From: an uncultured Gammaproteobacteria bacterium
GTDB lineage: Bacteria; Patescibacteriota; Patescibacteriia; UBA9934
Direction: 5' to 3'
Assembly (NCBI GenBank): GCA_964414795.1
Contig: CAYPWV010000001.1
Span: 5,221-69,220 of the forward strand
Length of the DNA: 64,000 nt
Part shown: piece after piece, positions 11,199 through 20,267 of the stretch
Layout of the letters: every line of letters starts with the position of its first letter
How positions within the stretch are numbered: the stretch's first letter is position 1
Position numbers and translations under genes: made by a program
Notes under the pieces: model-generated
What the model was told of the DNA's origin: nothing
The model's input: the letters and a program-made list of their open reading frames with translations, nothing else
Databases searched by the model: none

Positions 11199-12278
11199 CT
11201 AAAGTATTTCAAGCGCATCATGCACAATGCGTTCATCGGCGTTTACGGGGAAGATACGACGAATGCGTTCGGCGTGTTCCTGACGATAAGCAGTTGATTG
11301 CACCATTTTGAGGATAGCCTGGAGAAGTACTTGAGGTGTCATTTGGTAGATTACTTCAGCAGCTTCTTGCGCCTGCAGTGCTTTGGCATTTTCTTCTTGT
11401 TGTGATCCCGGAATGGGAATGATAATGGATGGCTTACCAAGCGCTACAAGCTCGGAAATAGTCCCCATGCCCGCACGAGAAACCACCACATCAGCAACCG
11501 CGTACGCATCTGCCATACCTTCATGCAAAAATTCAAGTGCGATATACGGTTTTCCTTGCTCTTGAAATGTCTGTAACGCAGGGAGCATTTTTCCTCGACC
11601 GGTTAAATGAATAACATTCGCGCAGCGTAAAAGATCTTCTGCAATAATAAGCATCGTTTCATTGAGCGAGGATGCTCCTGTTCCGCCACCCATAACAAGC
11701 ACGGTGGGAAGATCGGCACGCAAAACGTAGCGATCGCGCGCACTTACCCGATCGCCCAGCGCCAACATGCTGCGCACCATCGTTCCCACTACGCTTGTTT
11801 TTTTTGCCGCATACGCTGCAGTACTTTCTGGCCACGTGACGCTTATACGTTTTGCAAAAGGCGCCATGATGCGATTTGCAAGCCCCGGGCGCACATCAAG
11901 TTCGTGAATCCATACCGGAATACGCATACACCACGCCACTAAAACAACAGGCAGAGAAACATACGCTCCCGCAGAAAAAACCATGTCGGGACGCATGTTT
12001 TTAAGTATTTTTGCGGCTTGCCACACACTCCACATCATGTGAAAAGGAATGAAGGGATACGTCCACTTGCGATAGCGATCCATACGAGGAGCAGAAAGCG
12101 AAAGAAAAGGAATTTTCGCACCCTCAACAAGCAGTCGTTCGGGACCTTTTGGCGTACCGATCCACGAACACCGCACATCCGGATCGCGCCTGCGCCACTG
12201 CGCCGCAACCGAAAGCAAGGGCGTTACCGGCCCAAGCGTTCCCCCGCCCGTGAAGAGAATGTGATGAGAAGAAGACAT
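11199..12278 (-). CDS. murG: Undecaprenyl-PP-MurNAc-pentapeptide UDP-GlcNAc transferase (GT28)
   Basis: N-terminal GGGTLGP glycine motif, VMGGGTGASSLN C-terminal donor-binding motif. Lies in the murG-ftsW-mraY neighbourhood. Confidence 0.75.
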   Translation of the reverse strand: MSSSHHILFTGGGTLGPVTPLLSVAAQWRRRDPDVRCSWIGTPKGPERLLVEGAKIPFLSLSAPRMDRYRKWTYPFIPFHMMWSVWQAAKILKNMRPDMVFSAGAYVSLPVVLVAWCMRIPVWIHELDVRPGLANRIMAPFAKRISVTWPESTAAYAAKKTSVVGTMVRSMLALGDRVSARDRYVLRADLPTVLVMGGGTGASSLNETMLIIAEDLLRCANVIHLTGRGKMLPALQTFQEQGKPYIALEFLHEGMADAYAVADVVVSRAGMGTISELVALGKPSIIIPIPGSQQEENAKALQAQEAAEVIYQMTPQVLLQAILKMVQSTAYRQEHAERIRRIFPVNADERIVHDALEIL

Positions 12279-12280
12279 AG

Positions 12281-12497
12281 GTGAGAGTGTGAAGTTTGTA
12301 GTTGTTAGTTTGAAGTGAGTGGATGTTGTTTTTTATTGGAATGAAAGACAGCAGACGACAGATGGGGAAAGTAATCGGGGCTGTATTGTATTTAGGTGAG
12401 CAGATCATTTCTCTTATCCGTCGTCTGCTGTCTGTAGTCTGCTATCTCAAAAGAACTACCTTTCACTTCAAACTAACAACTACAAACTTCAAACCTT
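12281..12497. repeat. Family C long palindromic element (~215 bp; arms AGTTTGAAGTGAAAGG.../...CCTTTCACTTCAAACT, core GACAGCAGACGACAGA.../...TCTGTCGTCTGCTGTC)
   Basis: Nested inverted repeats seen directly. It starts 3 nt after the murG start codon (its 5'-UTR side) and overlaps the last codons of pyrG. Confidence 0.75.
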
Positions 12498-14114
12498 TCC
12501 CAAAGCTGCCTTCACAAATCCCACAAACAACGGATGCGGCGACAAAGGACGCGATTGAAACTCTGGATGAAATTGTACTCCTACAAAAAATGGATGATCT
12601 TTCAGCTCGACGATTTCCACTAACGTTCCGTCGGGAGAAATGCCCGAGATCACGAGACCCGCACGTTCTAGCTCGGTTTTATACGCGTTATTAAACTCGT
12701 ACCGATGGCGATGACGTTCTGAAATCTCATCACTTCCATACGCATTTCTCGCAACGCTTCCCTTCTTGAGATTGCACACATACGAACCTAAACGCAGTGT
12801 TCCTCCCAATCCTTTTCCTTTCAGCTTTTCATCTTGTCCGTGCATTAAATGAATAACGGGATGTGCGGTTTTTGGATTTATCTCCTCTGTATGCGCATCC
12901 TTCCATCCCAGCTCCGTACGTGCAAACGCAATCACTGCACACTGCATACCGTAACACAATCCCAAATACGGAATCTTATGCTTTCGCACAAAGGTGATCG
13001 CCGCAATCTTTCCCTCAATTCCTCGCGATCCAAATCCTCCGGGAATAAGGATACCGTCGTACTGCAATAATTCTTCGAGTGCTTTGGGATCTTTTTCGTA
13101 GGCTTCGGCGTTGAGCCATTCGATAACTGGTTTTGCGTTTTGCGCCCACGCCGCGTGCTTAATTGCCTCAAGCACCGAAAGATAGGCGTCGGACAACAGA
13201 AAATCTCCTGTTGAAAAATACTTTCCAATAACGCCGATACGCACCTCCTTTTTTGCAGAAATAATCGTGGTTACCATCTTTTTCCACGCAACAAGATCGG
13301 GAGCTTTTTTGCGTTTTCCAAAGGATTTTAACACCGTGTCCGCAAAACCTTGTTCCTCAAACACCAACGGCACCTCATAAATAGAACGCACATTCGGTGC
13401 GGCGATGATATGATCGGGCGTTACTCCGCAAAACCTACTCAACTTTTCTCTTCGCGGCGCATCAAGCGCAGTTTCCGATCGACACAGCAAAAAATCAGGC
13501 GCAATACCTACGCGATTCATTTCACGCACCGCATGTTGTGTGGGCTTTGTTTTCATTTCGCCAATAGAAGGAGGCACGGGAAGATAACTCACAAGCACAC
13601 TGCGCACCTGCTTCGGCGTATGCAATTGCATCATGCGAATGGCTTCCAAAAAAAGAATATTTTCATATTCTCCCACCGTTCCCCCGACCTCAATCAACGT
13701 AAAATCTGCCTTTGCCTCTTTTGCTGCTCGCTCAATGCGTGCAATCACCTCTTCAGGAACGCGAGGAACCACCTCAACACATTTCCCCCCATATTCACCT
13801 CGCCGTTCACGCTCAATAACCGATAAATAAATACGCCCCGTGGTCATGTAATTCTTTTTGGTGATGTTGATATCTAAAAATCGTTCGTAGTTTCCAATAT
13901 CTTGATCCGTCTCATCCCCATCTACCGTTACAAAAACTTCCCCATGCTCAACCGGGTTCATCGTTCCCGCGTCGACGTTTACGTACGGATCAATTTTGAT
14001 TGCCGTCACCGTATATCCTCGCGCGCGAAGTAAAAGCCCCAGCGATGCTGTTGACGTTCCCTTTCCCACGCCACTCATCACGCCACCGACTACGAAGATG
14101 TATTTGTGTTGCAT
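12489..14114 (-). CDS. pyrG: CTP synthase
   Basis: MQHKYIFVVGGVMSGVGKGTSTASLG N-terminus, GATase domain with GLCYGMQ. Confidence 0.95.
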   Translation of the reverse strand: MQHKYIFVVGGVMSGVGKGTSTASLGLLLRARGYTVTAIKIDPYVNVDAGTMNPVEHGEVFVTVDGDETDQDIGNYERFLDINITKKNYMTTGRIYLSVIERERRGEYGGKCVEVVPRVPEEVIARIERAAKEAKADFTLIEVGGTVGEYENILFLEAIRMMQLHTPKQVRSVLVSYLPVPPSIGEMKTKPTQHAVREMNRVGIAPDFLLCRSETALDAPRREKLSRFCGVTPDHIIAAPNVRSIYEVPLVFEEQGFADTVLKSFGKRKKAPDLVAWKKMVTTIISAKKEVRIGVIGKYFSTGDFLLSDAYLSVLEAIKHAAWAQNAKPVIEWLNAEAYEKDPKALEELLQYDGILIPGGFGSRGIEGKIAAITFVRKHKIPYLGLCYGMQCAVIAFARTELGWKDAHTEEINPKTAHPVIHLMHGQDEKLKGKGLGGTLRLGSYVCNLKKGSVARNAYGSDEISERHRHRYEFNNAYKTELERAGLVISGISPDGTLVEIVELKDHPFFVGVQFHPEFQSRPLSPHPLFVGFVKAALGKV

Positions 14115-14134
14115 AGGAAGAATTTTGGTATGTA

Positions 14135-15268
14135 TTATACGTTAATTTCCTTTCTCGATTTCGATACATTCAACACCACGCCCACGGCGGTCATGGCAAT
14201 AGCAAGGGCGGTGCCGCCATAGCTCACAAACGGCAGCGGAACACCGGTAATTGGCAAAAGCGCAACCATTGCCCCAATATTCACAAATGCCTGAATACCC
14301 AGCCACGCCATAACTCCCACCACCAAATACGTTCCAAACGTATCAGACGCACGCTCTGCAATAACCAAACCACGAAAGAGCATCGCAACATACAAAACAA
14401 CAAACGCCGATGTAAGCAAAAAGCCCAATTCTTCAGCCATCACCGCAAAAATACTATCTCCTGCAACTTCCGGAAGATACTGAAACTTCTGCAAACTATG
14501 CCCATATCCTCTTCCAAAAATCCCCCCCGAACCCACGGCAAGAAGTGCTTGGTTAATTTGATAACCAGCACCCAGCTTATCCAGTTCTGGATGGAGAAAA
14601 ACCGTTAAACGCTCGGCACGGTAGGGAGAAAAAACAAACAATAAAGAAAGCAATATCGCACCCGCTACGCCAAAAAACGCAAAATACTTTAATGGAGCGC
14701 CAGCAACAAAATACACCGCAAGCGCCATGATCACGATAATACCCATGCTCCCGGTATCAGGCTGCAAAAGAAGAAGCAACATTATCACTCCTAGTACCAC
14801 CAAAAAAGGCAGCAGTCCTTTCGCTGCATCGCGCACATTTTTTCCCATGGTTCCTTCAAGCCACGCCGCAAGGTAAATGAGAAACGTAAACTTTACGAGT
14901 TCAGAAGGCTGAAAAGAAAAAAGCCCTAACGAAACCCAGCTATGCGATCCTTTAATTTCTAATCCTAATCCCGGAACAAACACGATGACTAACAAAAAAA
15001 TGGATATCGCGAGCATGGGCAGTGCAAATTTTCTGTACGATTGATGAGGGATGAGATATGCAACCAAAAGACCTACCATTCCTGGAAGAACCCCGAAAAG
15101 AAATTGGTGAATAAGAAAGTAGTACCCATTTCCGTGAAAATCATCAAAGCTCTTTGGCCAAGAAGCTGACGCAAGCATCAATAGCCCAAACACCAATACT
15201 CCCGCAAACAATAAGGCAAATATCTTATCTCCTGCAAAAGGTATTCCTCCAAGTTTTTGCATACGCAA
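14135..15268 (-). CDS. ftsW: SEDS-family peptidoglycan glycosyltransferase (FtsW/RodA)
   Basis: 10-TM profile. Positioned between murG/pyrG and mraY. Confidence 0.75.
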   Translation of the reverse strand: MRMQKLGGIPFAGDKIFALLFAGVLVFGLLMLASASWPKSFDDFHGNGYYFLIHQFLFGVLPGMVGLLVAYLIPHQSYRKFALPMLAISIFLLVIVFVPGLGLEIKGSHSWVSLGLFSFQPSELVKFTFLIYLAAWLEGTMGKNVRDAAKGLLPFLVVLGVIMLLLLLQPDTGSMGIIVIMALAVYFVAGAPLKYFAFFGVAGAILLSLLFVFSPYRAERLTVFLHPELDKLGAGYQINQALLAVGSGGIFGRGYGHSLQKFQYLPEVAGDSIFAVMAEELGFLLTSAFVVLYVAMLFRGLVIAERASDTFGTYLVVGVMAWLGIQAFVNIGAMVALLPITGVPLPFVSYGGTALAIAMTAVGVVLNVSKSRKEINV

Positions 15269-16348
15269 CTATCGTGTCAAAAAACCGTAATCAATAAAGG
15301 CGAGTGCAAGGCCCACTCCCGCACCCATCCATCCGAGCACCCAAAAACGCATCACTACTTTTGGCTCAGGCCAACCCTTTGCTTCAAAGTGATGATGAAT
15401 AGGGGCAATAAGAAATACTTTGCGCTTAAAAAGCTTTTTTGAACCTAACTGAATAAACGTCGTGAGCGCTTCTGCAACAAATACCACACCAATAATGGGT
15501 AACAAGAATGCAGAGTTCGTAAGCATCGCCACAACACCCAAGGTAACCCCCAAACTCATTGCACCGGTATCTCCCATAATAAAACGTGCAGGATAGATGT
15601 TAAACCACAAAAATGCCAAAATCGTCCCTACAATCACCGCACAAAACGCCGCCAAATCAAATCGCCCTTGCATAAGCGCAATAATGGCATACGCAGCAAA
15701 AGCCGTTGCAAGCGTTCCGCCCGCAAGTCCATCAAGTCCATCCGTTTGATTAACAGAGAATGCTGTTGCAACAATTACCGCCACAAAAAAAGGAACATAC
15801 AACCATCCCATTACTACATCTCCATACAGCGGAATATGCAGCGTATCCCAACCTAACTTTGTATAAAACCACCACGCACCAACGAGTGCAAGCACCGTAT
15901 AAATAACGAGACGATGCGAAATACGAATACCTCCTCCGTGAGGTCCAATTTTTAGTACATTGAAAATGTCATCAGCTACACCCACAAATCCAGCGATAAC
16001 GAGTGCCGCTAACGGTAACCATGTTTGAGAACGCGAAAAAAAGTTTAGCTCTGCTAATAAACTCTGTGGCGCTATCCAGGCAACTCCCGCAAATAAAAGT
16101 GCAATCACTGCGGTAGTTATCCACATAAGCAACCCTCCCATCGTTGGCACACCCGCTTTCTTTTTATGGAGCTCGGCAAACATAGGCGCAGTAACTGCAC
16201 TGCGAATGCTTTTGCCCATGCGGTATTTATACAGCAAGTGCGTTAAAAGAGGCGTCCAGGCAATTGCAAGAATAAAACCGAGCGTTGCAAGGATGAGCAG
16301 TTTTGAAAAAATGAAAGCATCAACCATACGCAATGTTAATAAGCACAA
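15269..16348 (-). CDS. mraY: Phospho-N-acetylmuramoyl-pentapeptide transferase
   Basis: Polyprenyl-phosphate GlcNAc-1-P transferase family motifs (VGVADDIFN, GDTGAMSLG). Confidence 0.85.
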   Translation of the reverse strand: MCLLTLRMVDAFIFSKLLILATLGFILAIAWTPLLTHLLYKYRMGKSIRSAVTAPMFAELHKKKAGVPTMGGLLMWITTAVIALLFAGVAWIAPQSLLAELNFFSRSQTWLPLAALVIAGFVGVADDIFNVLKIGPHGGGIRISHRLVIYTVLALVGAWWFYTKLGWDTLHIPLYGDVVMGWLYVPFFVAVIVATAFSVNQTDGLDGLAGGTLATAFAAYAIIALMQGRFDLAAFCAVIVGTILAFLWFNIYPARFIMGDTGAMSLGVTLGVVAMLTNSAFLLPIIGVVFVAEALTTFIQLGSKKLFKRKVFLIAPIHHHFEAKGWPEPKVVMRFWVLGWMGAGVGLALAFIDYGFLTR

Positions 16349-16706
16349 TTCTTACGAGCGCCATGAGCGCCAAAATACCCACAAACAACGTTACACTCCA
16401 CATTGCAAGTGCAAGCATCGTACGCTTTTTTAACACGGTTGCAGCTACAACTGCGTTGACGAGCGCAATGGCAAAAGAAACAATAGGAACTTCGAGTAGC
16501 TTCCACCACGGTCCAAACGCATCAATACCTACATAGATATTGTAATGCAACGGAACGCTGTCACGTCCATACACCAATGGAAGAATACGCCAACACAAAA
16601 GCGCTACACCCAATACCCAACATACCCCAAACACAAGCGTGGACACCTTCACCACGCCGGGAAGGAGCTCTTCTTCAAGGACGGATTGTTGTTTGATTTG
16701 GGCCAC
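16320..16706 (-). CDS. Small integral membrane protein, unknown function
   Basis: 128 aa, 3-4 predicted TM helices, overlaps the mraY start. Confidence 0.4.
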   Translation of the reverse strand: MAQIKQQSVLEEELLPGVVKVSTLVFGVCWVLGVALLCWRILPLVYGRDSVPLHYNIYVGIDAFGPWWKLLEVPIVSFAIALVNAVVAATVLKKRTMLALAMWSVTLFVGILALMALVRIVLINIAYG

Positions 16707-16715
16707 AATGCTGCT

Positions 16716-16943
16716 CTATTGTACCGCACGAACGCTCCGCACTTCGGGTATTGCGCGCACAAGTGCCGCCTCAACCCCTTCTTTAAGCGTTATTCCGGAT
16801 AATCCACACCCTGCGCAGGTGCCTAGCAGGCGCACGACTACCTCCCCTGTTTCAGGCACACAAGACACCAGTTCAATGCCTCCCGCATGCAGTTTTAAGG
16901 CCACTTCTACGTTTTTTAATACCTCAAGCACCTGTTCTTTCAT
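16716..16943 (-). CDS. NifU-like (Nfu) Fe-S cluster domain protein
   Basis: LLGTCAGCGLSGITLKEGVE CxxC motif typical of the NifU C-terminal domain; 75 aa. Confidence 0.7.
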   Translation of the reverse strand: MKEQVLEVLKNVEVALKLHAGGIELVSCVPETGEVVVRLLGTCAGCGLSGITLKEGVEAALVRAIPEVRSVRAVQ

Positions 16944-17080
16944 AAGAGGAGATCGATTAAGTAGGCTAGAGGGCTAGTTGTGCTAGGCTGGCTCTATTAT
17001 AAGACTACTTCGTTTATTACCTAGCCCCACTAGCCTACTAGCCCAACTCATTCCTTCCCCACCATTCTACCCCCTTCCCT

Positions 17081-17109
17081 TGACCTCTACAATCCTTTTC
17101 TGGTATTCT
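17081..17109 (+). promoter_or_regulatory. Candidate sigma-70 promoter for rpmA (TTGACC, 17-nt spacer, TGgTATTCT extended -10)
   Basis: Seen directly 46 nt upstream of the rpmA ATG. Preceded by an imperfect inverted repeat rich in CTAGCC (16962-17040). Confidence 0.35.
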
Positions 17110-17154
17110 TTTCCACGTTTCCAGCGTAAAGCTGGCCAAATTCTTTCTCTTCAT

Positions 17155-17427
17155 ATGGCACATAAACTAGCCCAGGGTTCTACACGCAACGGCCGCGATT
17201 CGCAGGCCAAGCGTCTCGGCGTAAAGCGCTCAGACGGCACCACGGTCACCACCGGCCAAATTATTGTTCGTCAGCGTGGCACCAAAATCCACCCCGGCAA
17301 AAACGTTGGTGTAGGAACCGATTACACGCTCTTTGCACTTAAAGATGGTGTTATCAGCTTTAAAAAGCGCAAGTCTCCCAACTTCGTTGGCGCCCTCAAG
17401 CTCCGCACCTACGTTTCCGTAACCTAA
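17155..17427 (+). CDS. rpmA: 50S ribosomal protein L27
   Basis: [52 protein letters not shown] is near-consensus L27. The start is trimmed from the longer track ORF. Confidence 0.9.
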   Translation: MAHKLAQGSTRNGRDSQAKRLGVKRSDGTTVTTGQIIVRQRGTKIHPGKNVGVGTDYTLFALKDGVISFKKRKSPNFVGALKLRTYVSVT

Positions 17428-17430
17428 GAA

Positions 17431-17458
17431 AAAAGAGATCCGCAAGGGTCTCTTTTTG
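17431..17458 (+). terminator. Rho-independent terminator after rpmA
   Basis: AAAAAGAGATCC-GCAA-GGGTCTCTTTTT hairpin with a T-run. Confidence 0.7.
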
Positions 17459-17603
17459 GTTCATGTGGTTAAAATGGTTAAAGTGTTCTGTTCTCGATGC
17501 TCACAGAAACTATTTAACCATTTTGACCAACTTAACCTCCCTTCAAAAACAATAGGCCGCCCACGGTGGACGGTCCTGAACGAAAACGAAGATCAAGAAA
17601 GAA

Positions 17604-17723
17604 CTACCCGGCTGCATCCCCATGATACCAGTAGTATTGAATATTGCCCCTTGAGTCTCTACAGGGCGTATAATCCTCCGTCGACCACTTCTTTGGCATT
17701 TCCCAGGGCATGACTATATCCAT
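17604..17723 (-). CDS. Small ORF (39 aa, MDIVMPWEMPKKWSTEDYTPCRDSRGNIQYYWYHGDAAG), cassette copy 1
   Basis: ATG is preceded by AACAAGTGGGAG (GGGAG Shine-Dalgarno, 5-6 nt spacing) and a TTGAATATTTTGGTATTTTT promoter-like leader. Followed by a GGCCGCCCACGGTGGACGG hairpin and U-run terminator at 17554-17576. It is below the ORF-track size cutoff. Confidence 0.3.
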   Translation of the reverse strand: MDIVMPWEMPKKWSTEDYTPCRDSRGNIQYYWYHGDAAG

Positions 17724-17825
17724 GAAACACTCCCACTTGTTAGAGGCGATAAAAAAATACCAAAATATTCAATAAAAAGCAATTTAATCATCTTAACCGC
17801 TTAACCCTTCTCCCAAAAAAACAAG

Positions 17826-17849
17826 AGGCCGCCCACGGTGGACGGCCCC
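17826..17849 (-). terminator. Intrinsic terminator of small-ORF cassette copy 2 (hairpin GGCCGCCCACGGTGGACGGCC plus T-run on the minus strand). It is near-identical to the hairpin at 17554-17576.
   Basis: Seen directly. Both copies are followed on the minus strand by TTGTTTTT. Confidence 0.55.
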
Positions 17850-17865
17850 GGAGAACGGAAACTCG

Positions 17866-18069
17866 CTATCCAAGCTCCGGAACAGCAGGTATATAGAGAC
17901 CAATGCGCTGCTCATACCGCAGGCGCTGCCACCATCCCGGATCTTCGTCATCTATCGTTCCCCTATAGGGGTTCTTGGCGACGACTACCATTTCCCCTCC
18001 TTCCGGCGTGGGAACCTCTTCTTCCTTCGCCGTTTCTTTCCCATTCGCCGAGCCATTTGAAGTCGCCAT
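17866..18069 (-). CDS. Small ORF (67 aa from MATSNGSANGKETAKEEEVPTPEGG...WWQRLRYEQRIGLYIPAVPELG), cassette copy 2
   Basis: Same leader as copy 1 (TTGATATTTTGGTATTTTTTTGTTGTCTCTAACAAGTGGGAGCGATC-ATG). Acidic N-terminus, Trp-rich C-terminus. Confidence 0.4.
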   Translation of the reverse strand: MATSNGSANGKETAKEEEVPTPEGGEMVVVAKNPYRGTIDDEDPGWWQRLRYEQRIGLYIPAVPELG

Positions 18070-18128
18070 GATCGCTCCCACTTGTTAGAGACAACAAAAA
18101 AATACCAAAATATCAAGAAAAGAACAAA

Positions 18129-18557
18129 TTATCCCTGCAATGCTTCAGCGATAACGGTAATCGTTGCTTCAAAACCGGTGGAGAATTCAATAACAACCTC
18201 GTGCGTGCTAGGTTCGGTGATGGGAACCATTTTTATAACGTCAAAACCTACGGTGTGACCCATTTCTTTAAGTGCGGCGCGAACATCTTTGTAGGAAATG
18301 GGTTTGGCAAATTTTCCATTTTTCATCTTGCCGGCAACGATAACTTCAAGGCCGTCGAGTTCTCCTGCAAGCTGTTCATCTTCTCGTTCTTCTTTACTTG
18401 TTTTTTGAGGAGCCTCTTCTTCCTTGGGTGCACCACCTGCATGTTCAAATGCCAAATGCTGCGGAAATAAAAAATTTACCGCGTAACCTTCCGGAACTTC
18501 CACGGTCGCGCCCGCCGGACCGATGGAGCTGACATCTTCGGTAAGGGTAATCCACAT
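18129..18557 (-). CDS. rplI: 50S ribosomal protein L9
   Basis: MWITLTEDVSSIGPAGATVEVPEGYAVNFLFPQHLA matches the L9 N-domain. Has an acidic linker insert. TGGTATAAT -10 box upstream. Confidence 0.8.
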   Translation of the reverse strand: MWITLTEDVSSIGPAGATVEVPEGYAVNFLFPQHLAFEHAGGAPKEEEAPQKTSKEEREDEQLAGELDGLEVIVAGKMKNGKFAKPISYKDVRAALKEMGHTVGFDVIKMVPITEPSTHEVVIEFSTGFEATITVIAEALQG

Positions 18558-19072
18558 AAGCGTAAAGCTTTCTTTATTATACCAACCATATCGCGATAGC
18601 TTGAACGCGTAAGCAGTTCATCGGCAGGAACCCATGCTACGCCTCTGATGGTTTCGCCTTGTTCTTGGGGTTTTGGTGGTCGAATGGTGGCTTCAGGTGG
18701 CGCTTCGAACAAAAAGTAATAAATGTACTTGTGGATAAGCAATCCTTTATGCACAAAACGATCGCGAAACCAAATGTCGATGTTATCGAGTTTGGCAATA
18801 TATTTTAAATTTCCCAGCGCCATCTCTTCTTTAATTTCACGAATGGCTGTTTGCCGATAACGTTCACCGGGGCGAACATGGCCCTTGGGAAACGCCCACT
18901 TGCCGTACGAGTCGATAACCATTGCAAATTGCAAACCTTCTTTTGTTCTGCGAAAAACAAGACCTCCCGCGGAGACCTCGTTTTTATGACGCTCAGACTC
19001 TCCTTCACTTCGTCGTGAAGAAACTGATCGCCGCATCGAGTTGGGGATCGAGGTTTGCATGATAATCGTCAA
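18476..19072 (-). CDS. NUDIX hydrolase
   Basis: Nudix box GKWAFPKGHVRPGERYRQTAIREIKEEMAL. Its 3' end overlaps the rplI start by 82 nt in another frame. Confidence 0.7.
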   Translation of the reverse strand: MTIIMQTSIPNSMRRSVSSRRSEGESERHKNEVSAGGLVFRRTKEGLQFAMVIDSYGKWAFPKGHVRPGERYRQTAIREIKEEMALGNLKYIAKLDNIDIWFRDRFVHKGLLIHKYIYYFLFEAPPEATIRPPKPQEQGETIRGVAWVPADELLTRSSYRDMVGIIKKALRLCGLPLPKMSAPSVRRARPWKFRKVTR

Positions 19073-20264
19073 GAGTACGAGTTACTACCTGATCGGGCGT
19101 AATACCTGCCTTATCAATAGAACGACCTTGCGGCGTGAGCCAACGTGCAACCGTAATTTTTACCGCACTGCCATCGGGTAAATCTTGATATTCTTGCACA
19201 CTGCCTTTTCCAAAGGTTTGTTCGCCAATAAGTGTGGCGAGACCGTAATCTTGGAGTGCCCCTGAAAAGATTTCAGACGCAGAAGCGCTTCCACCGTTGA
19301 CGAGTACCACCGTTGGCGTATTTGCAAAACGTGCATCACCATCACCCGGAAAAGCCGTACGATCTCCCCGAATTTCTTCTTGCACAACGGTTTGATTTCC
19401 CGTCCAGTATCCCGAAAGCGCAATTGCCGCATCAAGATATCCTCCAGGATTGTTCCGGAGATCCACGATAATACCTTTGACGTGCGCGTTTTGCAGCGTG
19501 TCTGCCGCTTCTGCAAAACCTGCAATTGTATCGTCACCAAAAACACTTACCGAAACAACACCAATGCCATCAGGGCGAATGGTTGTTTTTACACTGTGGT
19601 TTTTAATTTCGTCACGTGTGATGGTAACTGTGCGCGAATCTGCATCTTCTGTTCCAAAAAGCACCAAGGTAACATTGGTTCCTTTTTCTCCCCGAATTTT
19701 TCCTACCGCTTCAGAAACGGTCATGCCTGCCGTATCCACGCCGTCAATCGACAAAATAACATCACCTGCACGAACGCCCGCATTTTCTGCGGGAGTATCC
19801 GCAATGGGTGCAACAACAACCAAACTTCCTTCATCATTTAGCCCAAGCTCTGCACCAATGCCAAAGAATGTTCCCGAAAGTTCTTCGGAAAAATCTTCCG
19901 CCATCTCGGGCGTGAAGTACGTTGAGTACGGATCCTTTAATCCGTAAAGTAAGCCCTGTAATGCGCCTTCAAATAAATCTTCGTCGGAAACAGGCTGATC
20001 GACATATTTTTCTCGTACTAATGCCCAAACTTGCCAAAATAACGTGAAGTCAACATCTTGTGCAATATCTGCGGGAACGGTTACCGTGGTGCCAAAAATT
20101 TCTTCTGCCTGAGTATCATAAAAAAGCTCAGGTCCCTTTCCATAGACGTATCCCCCAAAAAACAATGCACCTGCGGCGCCTACACAAAGAAAGATTTTTA
20201 CCGGCATCCACAGTGTCCGCCACGGTGTGTGGGGGTTTGTAGACATATAGGAAGAGTGTATCAT
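19005..20264 (-). CDS. ctpA: Carboxyl-terminal processing protease (S41) with PDZ domain
   Basis: PDZ segment plus GIIVDLRNNPGGYL S41 motif and catalytic Ser/Lys region; N-terminal TM. Confidence 0.85.
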   Translation of the reverse strand: MIHSSYMSTNPHTPWRTLWMPVKIFLCVGAAGALFFGGYVYGKGPELFYDTQAEEIFGTTVTVPADIAQDVDFTLFWQVWALVREKYVDQPVSDEDLFEGALQGLLYGLKDPYSTYFTPEMAEDFSEELSGTFFGIGAELGLNDEGSLVVVAPIADTPAENAGVRAGDVILSIDGVDTAGMTVSEAVGKIRGEKGTNVTLVLFGTEDADSRTVTITRDEIKNHSVKTTIRPDGIGVVSVSVFGDDTIAGFAEAADTLQNAHVKGIIVDLRNNPGGYLDAAIALSGYWTGNQTVVQEEIRGDRTAFPGDGDARFANTPTVVLVNGGSASASEIFSGALQDYGLATLIGEQTFGKGSVQEYQDLPDGSAVKITVARWLTPQGRSIDKAGITPDQVVTRTLDDYHANLDPQLDAAISFFTTK

Positions 20265-20267
20265 GGG

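Noticed and set aside
17456-17713. 85-aa plus-strand ORF between rpmA and rplI.
   Set aside because: It lies antisense to the better-supported minus-strand small-ORF cassette, spans its terminator and leader, and has no RBS.
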